Source of the DNA: Octopus sinensis
Lineage: Eukaryota
NCBI RefSeq assembly: GCF_006345805.1
Contig: NC_042998.1
Span: forward strand, 140,864,001 to 140,928,000
Length of the DNA stretch: 64,000 nt
Reading direction: 5' to 3'
Part shown: positions 52,304-62,039 of the stretch, piece after piece
How positions within the stretch are numbered: position 1 is the first letter of the stretch
Layout of the letters: each line of letters starts with the position of its first letter
Notes under the pieces: model-generated
Told to the model about the DNA's origin: nothing
What the model saw: the letters and a program-made list of their open reading frames with translations, nothing else
The model's database searches: none
Position numbers and translations under genes: made by a program

Positions 52304-52341
52304 TCTTTAACATTTCGAGCCTACGCTCTTCCACAGAAAGG
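52304..52341 (-). ncRNA. Hammerhead-like motif with variant core (CUGUGGA) in the Penelope 3' repeat
   Basis: Minus strand: ccttt CTGTGGA a gagc gtag gctc GAAA tgt t aaaga. Confidence 0.6.
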
Positions 52342-52930
52342 AATACAGAAAGAAGCAAGGAGAGAAAATAAAGAATGTGTGGTGGCTAGCGATCTATCAT
52401 GGCGAATGCCGGACAGAGGGGTCACACAGGAGTGCTAGGAAGAAGGGAAGATAATAAAGTAGTGGTGATCCCAAAATGAAGGTGCGCGTGTGTGTGTATA
52501 AGAGAGCATGTATGTGCGTGTGGAAGAAGGCTGGTGACCTTGATGTGTGCGTGTATGTATGTGTAGGAGTGTGGATGTGGGGCTGGGAAGCGGTCAGTGC
52601 TAGTGTGTGCGTGGTGGTGTGATGTGATATGATGTGGTGTTGTGTGGTATGGTGGTGTAAGGTGTGGTATGGGTAGAGATGGGGTATGTGGGAGTGGGTG
52701 TAAGGGATGGGGTGGGATGGGATAGGATGGATAGGGAAGGTGGGGTTGGATTGTGTAGGGGTGGGTGGGATTACGAGGGAGGGGTGACGATGAAGGGGGA
52801 AGAGAGAAAGTGGGTAGGAGTGAAGAGAAGAGAGAAGGAGAGTAGGAGTGAAGAGAAGAAGTAGGAGTCGGAGCAAGAAAGGAGAGGTGGGTGGGAGGAA
52901 GTAGGTGTGAAGGGGAGAGAGGAGAAGAGA

Positions 52931-55640
52931 GTTGAGCCCATGTGGCACAAATGAGCAAAGAGAGAAGATTAATCCCTGTTCACGGCACAAACGTGAGTGC
53001 GGGTGACCCCTGTGCAAGGAGAATTCGAACACAGATAGGTGTTGCAAAGAGTGACCGGTAGAACGGAAATGGCGCGAGACCGGGGTGTCATTGCCGAGTC
53101 GGATGACTCGGAGGTGTTCCGCGAACCGGTCAGCTAAGCGGCGTCCTGTTTGCCCGATGTATAGGGAAGGGCAGAGAGAGCAGGAGATGCAGTAGATCAC
53201 ATTGGTAGAAGTGTAGATGAAGGAGTCCGTGATGTGATAGGGTCGATGATAGGTGCCGGTGAGGAGGATAATGTTGGAGAGGTAAGGGCAAGTGCAGCAG
53301 CTTGGGCGGGAGCAGGGGAACGTGCCGGGTTGGGAGGTTGAGTTAGGGAAGAAGCTGTGGACCAAGAGGTCTCGTAGGTTGTGGGCTCGTTTGAAGGAGG
53401 GGAAGGGTCGGTTAAGTAAGATGTGTGAAGTGGAGGGGTCGGACTGGAGACGCCGGAAGGCTTGGAAAATGGTACGTTGGAGAGGTAGGGTGGTGGAGTG
53501 GTAAATGAGGAGAAACGGGAAATGGGAGACGGCAGGGCGGGTGTGGGGGGAGAGAGCAGATGCGCGGTCCACGGAACATGCTCTGGCAAGGGTGGTGTGG
53601 ATAGTGGTGAGGGAATATCCGCGTAGGATGAAGTGGCGAGCCATGAGTTGAGACTGTGTCTCATAGTCATGGTCGTCACTACGGAGCTTGCGTAGACGGA
53701 GGAATTGAGAATAGAGGATGGAAAGCTTGGTGTGTTTAGGGTGGAAGGAGGAGAAGTTGAGGTATGAGTGTGAGTCTGTGTATTTGTAGTGGATGGAGAT
53801 GGTGAGAGTGGAGTGATAAATGCTGACCGAAATGTCAAGAAAGGAGACAGAGGTGTCTGAGATAGTGCAGGAGAAGTGGAGGGTAGGATGGAAAGATTTG
53901 ACAAAAGAGAAGAGGGAGTCTAGATGTTCGTGGGAGAGTGAGGTCGCACCGATACAATCGTCAATATAATGGCCGTATAGTTCGGGAGTGGGACCAGTGA
54001 AACTTGAGAATATTTGGGCCTCAACGTAGCCATAGTTGGGGCCCATTCTCGTTCTCATGGCCACTACCGAGAACTGCTGGTAAAAATCACCAGTGAACGA
54101 GAAGCAGTTGAGTGAGAGGACAACTTCAGCCAGACGAATGATTGTGCATGTGTCGGGTTGGGGGTTGGGTCGAAGATCAAGGAAATGTTGGAGTGCACGC
54201 AGCCTAGGCTCTGGATGTTGAGAGTGAAGAGAAGTTTAGAGGGGCCAAGAGGGAAGAAGAACGAGTTGAACAAACGAAGCGCGTGGTTGGTGTCATGGAT
54301 GTGAGAGGGGAGGGAAGCCACTAGGAGGCAAGGACACGGTCAAGATATCTGAAGATGAGCTCGGTGGGGCAGTTTCAGGCGGAGACGATGGGGCGGCCAG
54401 GGTTGTTAGGTTTGTGGATTTGGGGGAGGAAGTAAATAGTGGGTGTGCGAGAGGTGCGGACAGTGAGGTTGGAGGCGGTGGGGGCAGACGAGAGGAGGTC
54501 ATGGATAGTGGAGGACTGTTGGTAGGGGGAAGAGGTCAGTAGAAGGAAATGTCTTGAAGTTGGCGGAGAGCTTCTGCCTTGTAGAGGTCCGCGCACCACA
54601 CTACCACGGCTCCACCCTTGTCGGCTGGCTTTTATGATGATGTCAGAACGGCCGAGAGTTCGGCTGGGGAGATGTTCAGATGACGGGGACGCCTGGAAAA
54701 CCGGTCAACAGTGCACTGGCGGGCACCTGCAAACATCGACTGCTTGGAACTGGCCAGGAGCTGGCGTCCACTGGGATGGTCGGCGGCCCAGGTCGGTGAA
54801 GCAGTCCTCTTCATTATATGCAAGTGGAGTCTCGCGGAAAAGTACACACAATCTAACACGGCGCACAAAGTTGTGGATATCGGCACGAGTCCGAAATTCA
54901 TTGCTGGATGGAGTGAGGAGGATGAAGCGCAGACCCCCTACTGAGGAGGGAGCGCTCCGCCTCAGAAAGAGGGAAGATCTGGAGGAGATCTCTATCTGAA
55001 GTGGAGAAGGGGTGGATGGGATAGAAGTAGGGGGCGTGGTGGGGATGGTGGAAGGCTGGGAGGGAGGGGATGGGGGTATGTGTGTGAGGGTTTGGAGGGA
55101 CGGGGGTTGGGTGATGGTAGGGGGAGCGTATTAGGGAGGGAGAGGGATAGTGGAGGATTTGGGGAAGTGACATCGGATGTGATGGAATGGAGGAGTGAGT
55201 GGAGTTTACTTTGCTTAGTTTGAGAAATTGATGAGATGATTTAAATGAATTATGCAACGTAACGTAGTGTTTGCATGGGAGGGCGACTGAGAGGAGAAGA
55301 AGATGGAAAAAGCAAGAGGGAGAAGACGATCGATGGTGTGTATTTTGGAGAGATTAGAGCGAATGGTGGCAAGCATAATGCGGTAGGATGTAGTACGGAG
55401 TATGGGTAGGATGGTTGTAGCAGAGTGGAGAGTGGGGTGGAAATGGAGGCGGAAACCTTTAGAGATGAGGCGGTGATACAAGCAGCGACTGAGAAACGAA
55501 ATGTGACTACAGAAATAAGTGTTTTTGAAAATTAGTAGGGAAAGGTTAATAGAAGGCTGAAAGCAGCGGAAAGGAGGTGTGCAAAGGTATTGTTTTAGAC
55601 TGTAGTGGAGGTGGTGGAGGAAAGGTTTGTAATCGGGCAT
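52931..55640 (-). pseudogene. Penelope RT-GIY-YIG polyprotein, frameshifted
   Basis: Pieces lie in different frames (ORFs 55215-55784, 54898-55257, 54632-54901, 54375-54599, 52397-54064), with RT YIDD and GIY-YIG motifs. The low-complexity extension of ORF 52397-54064 beyond PHGLN is probably 3' UTR read-through. Confidence 0.88.
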
Positions 55641-56069
55641 GATTGTCAAACGAGAAGAGAAGAGAAAGAAAGAAGAAAAAAGGGGAAAGCGAGGAGAGAG
55701 AGAAGGTAAATAAAGACGTGGGGAGGAAAATTCAAAAGGTATGGGGAGAAAAGAAAGCAAATGGTATGAGGAGAATAAATGCAAAAGGCGTAAGGAGGAG
55801 AAAATATATATGAGAAGTGGGAGAAGAAAATAAAATCAGAGAAAGAAGGGACAAAGACGGAAGAAACAGAGAGAAAAGGAGGAAGAAGGGGAGAAGAGAA
55901 GACGAAAGGGGAAAAGAAAGGGAGGGAGAGAGAGGCAAGGTAACAGGTGCGGATTAGAGAAAACAGAGCAAGAACAACCAGAGTAGGAAGAAACGACAAT
56001 AGGAAAAAGCAGAAAATGCAACAAAAGTTTAGAAAGTATGAAAAAGTTACGAAAAGTTCAAAAGGTTGA

Positions 56070-56222
56070 CGTGCTTCTTTCAGTTTCCGTCTACTAAATC
56101 CACTCACAAGGCTTTGTTCGGCCCGAAGATATAGTAGAAGACACTTGCCCAAGGTTCCACACAGTGGGACTGAACCGGGATCCATGTGGTTGGTAAGCAA
56201 GCTACTTACCACACAGCCGTGC
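56070..56222 (-). mobile_element. Family B SINE head abutting the 5' end of the Penelope element
   Basis: cttctttcagtttccgtctactaaatccactcacaaggc...gggactgaaccggg...cttaccacacagcc. Confidence 0.85.
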
Positions 56223-56626
56223 CTCATATTAATGTATGTTTGCACACGTATGCAGATATGTCGCTGTGAGAGATTGTACCTCAATGACATTTTCGGTAAG
56301 TTGCTGAGGTACATGTGTCATGTCGCCCACAGAAGGGTAATATAATCCACATGGACATATAAGCGTAGACATGGCTGTCATCGCATCAGTGAATCTAACC
56401 ACAAGTTGACCTTCATGAATGTTTTACATATTTTGACAGTACCATTGACAGCTTATAGCTGTAATCTCCTGATTAGGCCTGTTCTTTCTGGTTTTGTGAA
56501 TTTCAACTTTCCAAGATTGGAGCTGAGGCATTTAGTCACATAGCCAATCCCGCCAATAATTACTGGTAGATGTCTAAATTTATAGTCCGGCTGGAGTAGC
56601 TGCAGATATGCTGACAACTAGTAGGT

Positions 56627-56859
56627 CAGTGGTTCCCAAACTTTTTCGGGCTACCGCTCACTTGCACCCAGGCCACATTCCTAGTGCTTCTACCCCAACT
56701 AATCATCACAAACATAGACCTCTGCAAATTCAAAGCAACTGTATTTCACAAATAGAACTTAACCTAATGAACCCATATTTTGTTGTTTTTACATGAATTG
56801 CTACCCCACTACCGCCCCACTTTTCTTCAACATTCCACCGCCCACTTTGGAATCCACTG
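56627..56859. mobile_element. hAT/Charlie-type MITE (233 bp)
   Basis: TIRs cagtggttcccaaact / actttggaatccactg; degenerate 8-bp TSD tagtaggt / tgctaggc with central TA. Confidence 0.75.
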
Positions 56860-58270
56860 TGCTAGGCAACTGATTCACACTGCTGTGCATCGTTTGTTTC
56901 CTCGTTCCGGATTATGTCGGGACTATTGAGTTTGCATCTTTTTTTTTTTGAGATCTTTACAAGGACATTCCACTAGTATTCTTTCAAGTTATGGGTGATG
57001 ATGCCCTCCATTCATTGTAGCTTCTTATATTTGTTTCCTAGGGATTATTTTTTTCTATGGACATCATTATATAATCTTCTAGCCATGATTTAAGTATTAA
57101 AGGCAAATAATTCTGCGATAATATTTTTGGGTAGCTACTTATGATATGGGTGACGTGCTCAGTTTAAATACTGCAGAGTTTGCATCAGTTGTCACATCTC
57201 GATGATTTACCTGCATCTCTATCCTCTGTTTATATCTCTTATGGAGATAACAACTGATGCTACTGGTAACGTGTAACCCAGGACAACTTGTATGTTTAGA
57301 TCACCGGTGACTAAACTGGTTAATCCTACCAAGCCTACTTGGCAAGGAGGGTAGTTTTCGTTAGACAAATACAAGACAAAAAGTAAAACCTGACAAAGTG
57401 TGAACTAATAAGAGTCCAACGGCCATCTGACATCTAGGAGTGAGAGACGCCTAGTATTTGTTTAGACATCTCTACAGGAGAAGGGAATCTCTGACGTTAA
57501 TGCATACGATTTCATTTTCATCCAATGATGTCTTCTTGCCCAATGTCACATCTCTCGTGGACGTCGATTTCCCCAACTCGAGAGCACAGTATGTCTTTCA
57601 TTGGAGTTTTCATGGTTACAATCTCAGACCAGCTACACGGTCTGCCAGCCCACGTGCAGGACGTTTTTACGAGACATCACTCTTGTGGATGGCCGTTGAC
57701 TCACAATGAGTTCATCCGTCCTTTGATAGGTTCTGTTTTTAGTCTTACAGTATCCACAATACCCTACTCACCTGGCAAGCTAGGTCGACGAGCCTGTTTA
57801 ATAGCCAGCTACTCGACCATGTAGCACTGGGTTACACTGTACCAGTAGCAGGATTTTTCTGACCTGAATTCTATCTAATGAAGTAGACCAGTTCTTCATT
57901 TTTGGGTAAAATCATACGTGGCCCTGTGCAAACCCTTTCCTCACTTTATAAAGCTTCAGGCATAGGTATCACTTGATTTCTCACATCATTGTTATGTGTT
58001 GCATAATATGGCTGATAGTAGCTGGAAAATGCAAAACACTCAATGAAAAATTCCGTGAGAGAATGACAGAATATGTCAGTATGGTAGGTAAACTCTCTGA
58101 ATACCTGCTGTAAGAGGTGCTTGTCATTGCTACATTTATGGTGCAAAAGAGTGTCGGTCCCTGACAGGGCTGAAAAGCCACATCCGTGCTGCTCATATTT
58201 AAGAGCAGAATCAAATGATGGCTTAGCTCAAAACTGAGTTGCAACCATCATCATCATTATCATCATCATC

Positions 58271-58423
<153 letters not shown>

Positions 58424-58694
58424 TCGCTCAACGAAAAATTTCATGATGGAATGAGGCATGTGTCAGTATGGGAAGTAAGCTCTCTGAACAGCTGCTGCAA
58501 GAGGTACCCATCGTCGCCACATCTGTGCACAGGAGTGCAGATCCCTAGAAGGACTGAAAAGTAACGTATTTAACAGAACAATTACGCGATGTCATTTCTC
58601 AAAATCGAGTTGCGGCCATCAAGCAAGTGGAGTGGGTGGGAGATACTGATAAACAAACAGACAGACCAGAGAAATATCAATAGTTGTATTTTTT

Positions 58695-58828
58695 ACATTA
58701 TTTACATTATTGATATTTGACGGATATTTGTCCTCATCAGAGAAACTCCACAAGATGAGGACAAATATCTGTCAAATGTAAATAATGTAAATAATGTACA
58801 TAATTCCTCATCTCTCAAATATAGAACT
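58695..58828. mobile_element. Centre-collapsed palindromic copy of the 8.7-kb element family with 12-bp TSD
   Basis: Inverted arms ...gacggatatttgtcctcatc / gatgaggacaaatatctgtc... around a 15-nt spacer; the long arm ends aattcctcatctctcaaatatagaact; flanked by gttgtatttttt at 58683-58694 and 58829-58840. Confidence 0.8.
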
Positions 58829-59089
58829 GTTGTATTTTTTTTTTTTTTGATAATTTGACTTCGAAGAAGAGGGCTGTATTTATGAAGGTTCTCAAAACCG
58901 GTGAGATTAAAGCTGCCTAAGTTCATCAAAGTCTACAGGAAAGACGTGCTGAAAGTGGAATTCCAGAGAGTCGACAATCTGATGAGGATACGTTGGGCGT
59001 AGTGATCTGTTCTGTGCCGAACCTAGACGGGCACAATACGGATAACGAGTAAATGGGGGCCGAGTGAGCGGGGAGTGGCTGAGTAGAGT

Positions 59090-59400
59090 TGGCAAGAGGA
59101 GTAAAAACTATCATTGTAGCGGAGGGAAAAATGAGAAAGAAAGGAATTAATTTGTGGAAGAATGCTTGGGATATTTTTGCGGGTGAACTCGTGCTAATCA
59201 GTCTAGTAGGTTTCTTTGGATGTAAAGTAGGATGCTTCTGTGTGTAGTAGTTGATATGGGACCACTATTCTAGTGTGGACGCCATCTGAGGTTTGTTGAA
59301 TATTAATAGTTGTTGGGAGATGAATTATAGTTTAGCACTGTGTGTAGCAGTGATACGAAAGTAGTACTCCAGTTTGGGCGTTACCTGAGTTTTGTTATGG
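59090..59400 (-). pseudogene. Highly degenerate LINE 3' coding fragment (CR1/L2-like)
   Basis: Minus-strand pieces PKLEY, TNLRWRP, SHPQKY and SFFP resemble the RT C-terminal motifs of CR1/L2/Jockey-group LINEs; heavily frameshifted. Confidence 0.4.
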
Positions 59401-59519
59401 ATTAATATTTGTTCATCATCACCATCGTCGTCGTCGTCAACATCATCTTCGTCGTTGTCGTCGTTGTCATCATCATCAGCCTCCTGGACATTATTTCCTC
59501 GAATCCGAGGATTCGCAGG

Positions 59520-60030
59520 GCCGGTTACCCGGTTTCCACGGTAAAGGTAAGGGTAAAGGTTACCTTCTCTAGTCTTACCAACTCATAAGGGCCGTTTTCC
59601 GGTTCCATGGCATATAAATTCCCCACCTGGACGGGACGCTAGTCCATCGCAGGATTACTCCTTTTTGTCAACTGAGTGGACTGGAGCAACGTGAAATGAA
59701 GTGTTTTGTTCAATAACACAGCGCATCTCCCGGTCCAGGAATCGAAACCACAATCTTACTACGATCATGAGTCCAACACCCTAACCACTAAGCTTACGCG
59801 CCTCCACGAGCCGGTTTCTATGGCGTATAAGTGACAGAGATCTCAGTACTTCCGCCTGAATGAGACCCCAGTCTGTCGCAGGGTTAACTTCCCGGCTATT
59901 GCTGGAACATATTTACAGCTGAGTATAATGGAGCAATGTGAAAAGAAGTGTTTTGCTTAAGAATACAATGCACCACTCGATTCAAGAATCGAAACTACGA
60001 TCTTACGGCTGTGAATGCAACACCCTAGCC
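59520..60030 (-). mobile_element. Two adjacent family C SINE copies
   Basis: Minus strand ggaggcgcgtaagcttagtggttagggtgttggactcatgatcg...gtttcgattcctggaccgg (A/B boxes, CAT anticodon-like loop). Confidence 0.8.
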
Positions 60031-60696
60031 GGATGTTATGAAGCTACATGTTATTAAACCAGATCTACTGTGGACTTAACGTGTAATATCATTATTTTGA
60101 TATATGTGTCGCAATGTGTCTTTTGACAGTTGGAGGAAACAAGACAGGTATGATTGATTCCATTGGATGACGTATCCACGGCCTCTGTTCATGGTGTCAG
60201 TACACATGCGATGCGAGGTATCAAGGTTTCAATGTGGGTTATGCTTGCGTGAAACGAAGGGCAGTTTCATAGATGATATGACCAATCCAAGAGGCGAGAG
60301 ATAAAGGGAGGTCATTGAAGGCTAGTAAAATCAACAGAATTTTCTTTTAAAAAACTTTGCTTTGAAACCATTTAGGGCTGATGTTTAATCTAGATATTCT
60401 ATGCAATTTGAAAATATATTTATACAATAAAATTAATTTTGTAGGAAATGGCAGACACGATCGAAAACTGATCTTTCTTTCCAAATTTGAAAACCCAATA
60501 TTGACTGACATAATAGAGTAAGTCTTCCAGTGGATCTGACTTTATAATATCCGTATTGGTGATTACGATATTGCACTCACGATCCTAAGACCATGGTTTC
60601 GGTCCTGGATCGAATGGGGTGTTGTGTTCTTGGAACAAAAGCACTTCATTTCATGTTGCTCCAGTAAAGGAGTTCCAGTATTTCTTGGAGAGTCTA

Positions 60697-60900
60697 AGGC
60701 GGCGAGCTGGCAGAATCGTTATCAGGCTGGATAAATTACTAAGCATCATTTTGCTCGTCTTCATGTTCTGAGTTTAAATTCTGCTGAAGTCGAGATTGCT
60801 TTTCATCCTTTCGGGGTCGATAAAATAAGTACCACTGGGGTCGACGTAATCGACTCAACTCCTCCCCAAAAATTCCTGTCCTTGTGCTAAAGTTTGAATC
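60697..60900 (+). mobile_element. Family A SINE, well preserved
   Basis: aaggcggcgagctggcagaatcgtt...gagtttaaattctgc...cttttcatcctttcggggtcgataaaataagtacc. Confidence 0.85.
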
Positions 60901-61377
60901 CAATATTACATAGGAGTGAACCATACATACATCTTTATGTATATCTACATGTACGTGTCGGGGCGCGCGTTCGCATGCTTCGTATAACGAAAGTTTCGAT
61001 TACGGCATTAAGCACTTACGGAAATTACAAAACATGACCTCTAATTTCGAGATCTTGGCCCGTAATTCCACCTTTATAGAAACTCGTGTAAATTTTAACA
61101 ATTTAAAAATCTAAAATCTATGTTACACGCTTTTTTTAGAACCTTGCCAGCAGCTATGCATTCCCTCCTCTAACTCACCCACCTTGTTTGTGCATGTATC
61201 AATTCACTTGACTTTTTTTTCATTGGTTTCAACATTTACTCGTTCCTTCCTTGGCACTCCACCACTTTGTTCTTGTTCCGATTCAAATGACACGAATCTT
61301 AATCAAACAGTGCTACCTCCTACTTCACATCTCCACGTCTGTCATTTTCTAATTAATTAATATTTCTTAGTTTAAAC

Positions 61378-61900
61378 TAAGTGATTCCCAACATGGCATA
61401 TACGCCCCATCGGTGGGTCCAGGGAAAATTATGGTGGGGCGTGGGGTCCAAATTCTTTTTTCTCTTATTTTTTAGTGGGATATGGAATTGTAAAAATCTG
61501 TTTTTTCACAGCAAACATACTACACTTATACTCAGCCTAACCAAACCAACTCCACCAGTCAAGCATTTGTGTGTAGACCATTTGCTACAGTTTAGCGCTA
61601 TTCCAATGCTATGGTTGAAGTTAACAAAATTGTCCCCTCGAATCAAGGAAATCTGCCGTAGGCGCCAGGCACAAGGCTCTCATTGAAGTGACTCAATGTT
61701 TTTTTTTCATAATCAATGTTGTACATTTTTTATTTGTACTCAGTACTTAATACAAGAGTTACTGGTAGATCCTTTTGTATTAAATAATTGTGATAAAATA
61801 TATTAAAAATACAGTTATATTTTTCCAACCACCAGTGGAGCATACATTTTTCTGGAAAGTTACTGTAGGGCCTGGGGGAAAAATAGATTGGAAAACACTG
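61378..61900. mobile_element. Old hAT/Charlie-type non-autonomous element
   Basis: Degenerate TIRs (ta)agtgattcccaac / gattggaaaacactg; TSD-like gtttaaac / gtttgaag (6/8). Confidence 0.55.
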
Positions 61901-62039
61901 GTTTGAAGTAACAAAACCGCTATTTTTTACCGACGTCGATCATCACTATTTTTCTGGGAATCTGCTGTTTACTATCTGGCGTTGGATTTAACTACTAACG
62001 GATAAGTTATGGTTTATAATTTTATTCAAGACGACAGGA

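Larger units (their letters stand above)
52221..56066 (-). mobile_element. Penelope-like retroelement (Neptune-type), near full length
   Basis: Broken ORF from MPDYKPF (ATG 55640) through LSEAERSLLSRG, YFLPQIHKPNNPGRPIVS, AMRTRMGPNY, YIDD, KYTDSHSYL, a Cys-rich linker CSRPSCCTC and GIY-YIG NVIYCISCSLCPSLYIGQTGRRLADRFAEH to PHGLN; the 3' region is shared with 12840-13450. The 5' boundary is approximate. Confidence 0.92.

Noticed and set aside
52397-52930. C-terminal ~175 aa of the 555-aa ORF (P/H/T/L-rich)
   Set aside because: Low-complexity 3' UTR of the Penelope element read through after the GIY-YIG domain; the alternative overlapping ORFs in 52.4-55.8 kb are shadows of the same compositional bias.
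58865-59010. Plus-strand frame MKVLKPVRLKLPKFIKVYRKDVLKVEFQRVDNLMRIRWA*
   Set aside because: No recognisable family, and it lies between a repeat insertion and a degenerate LINE fragment on the opposite strand; insufficient support.
60977-60997. loxP-like palindrome cttcgtataacgaaagtt
   Set aside because: Only a partial arm match with no 8-bp spacer; expected by chance, and no vector sequence is nearby.
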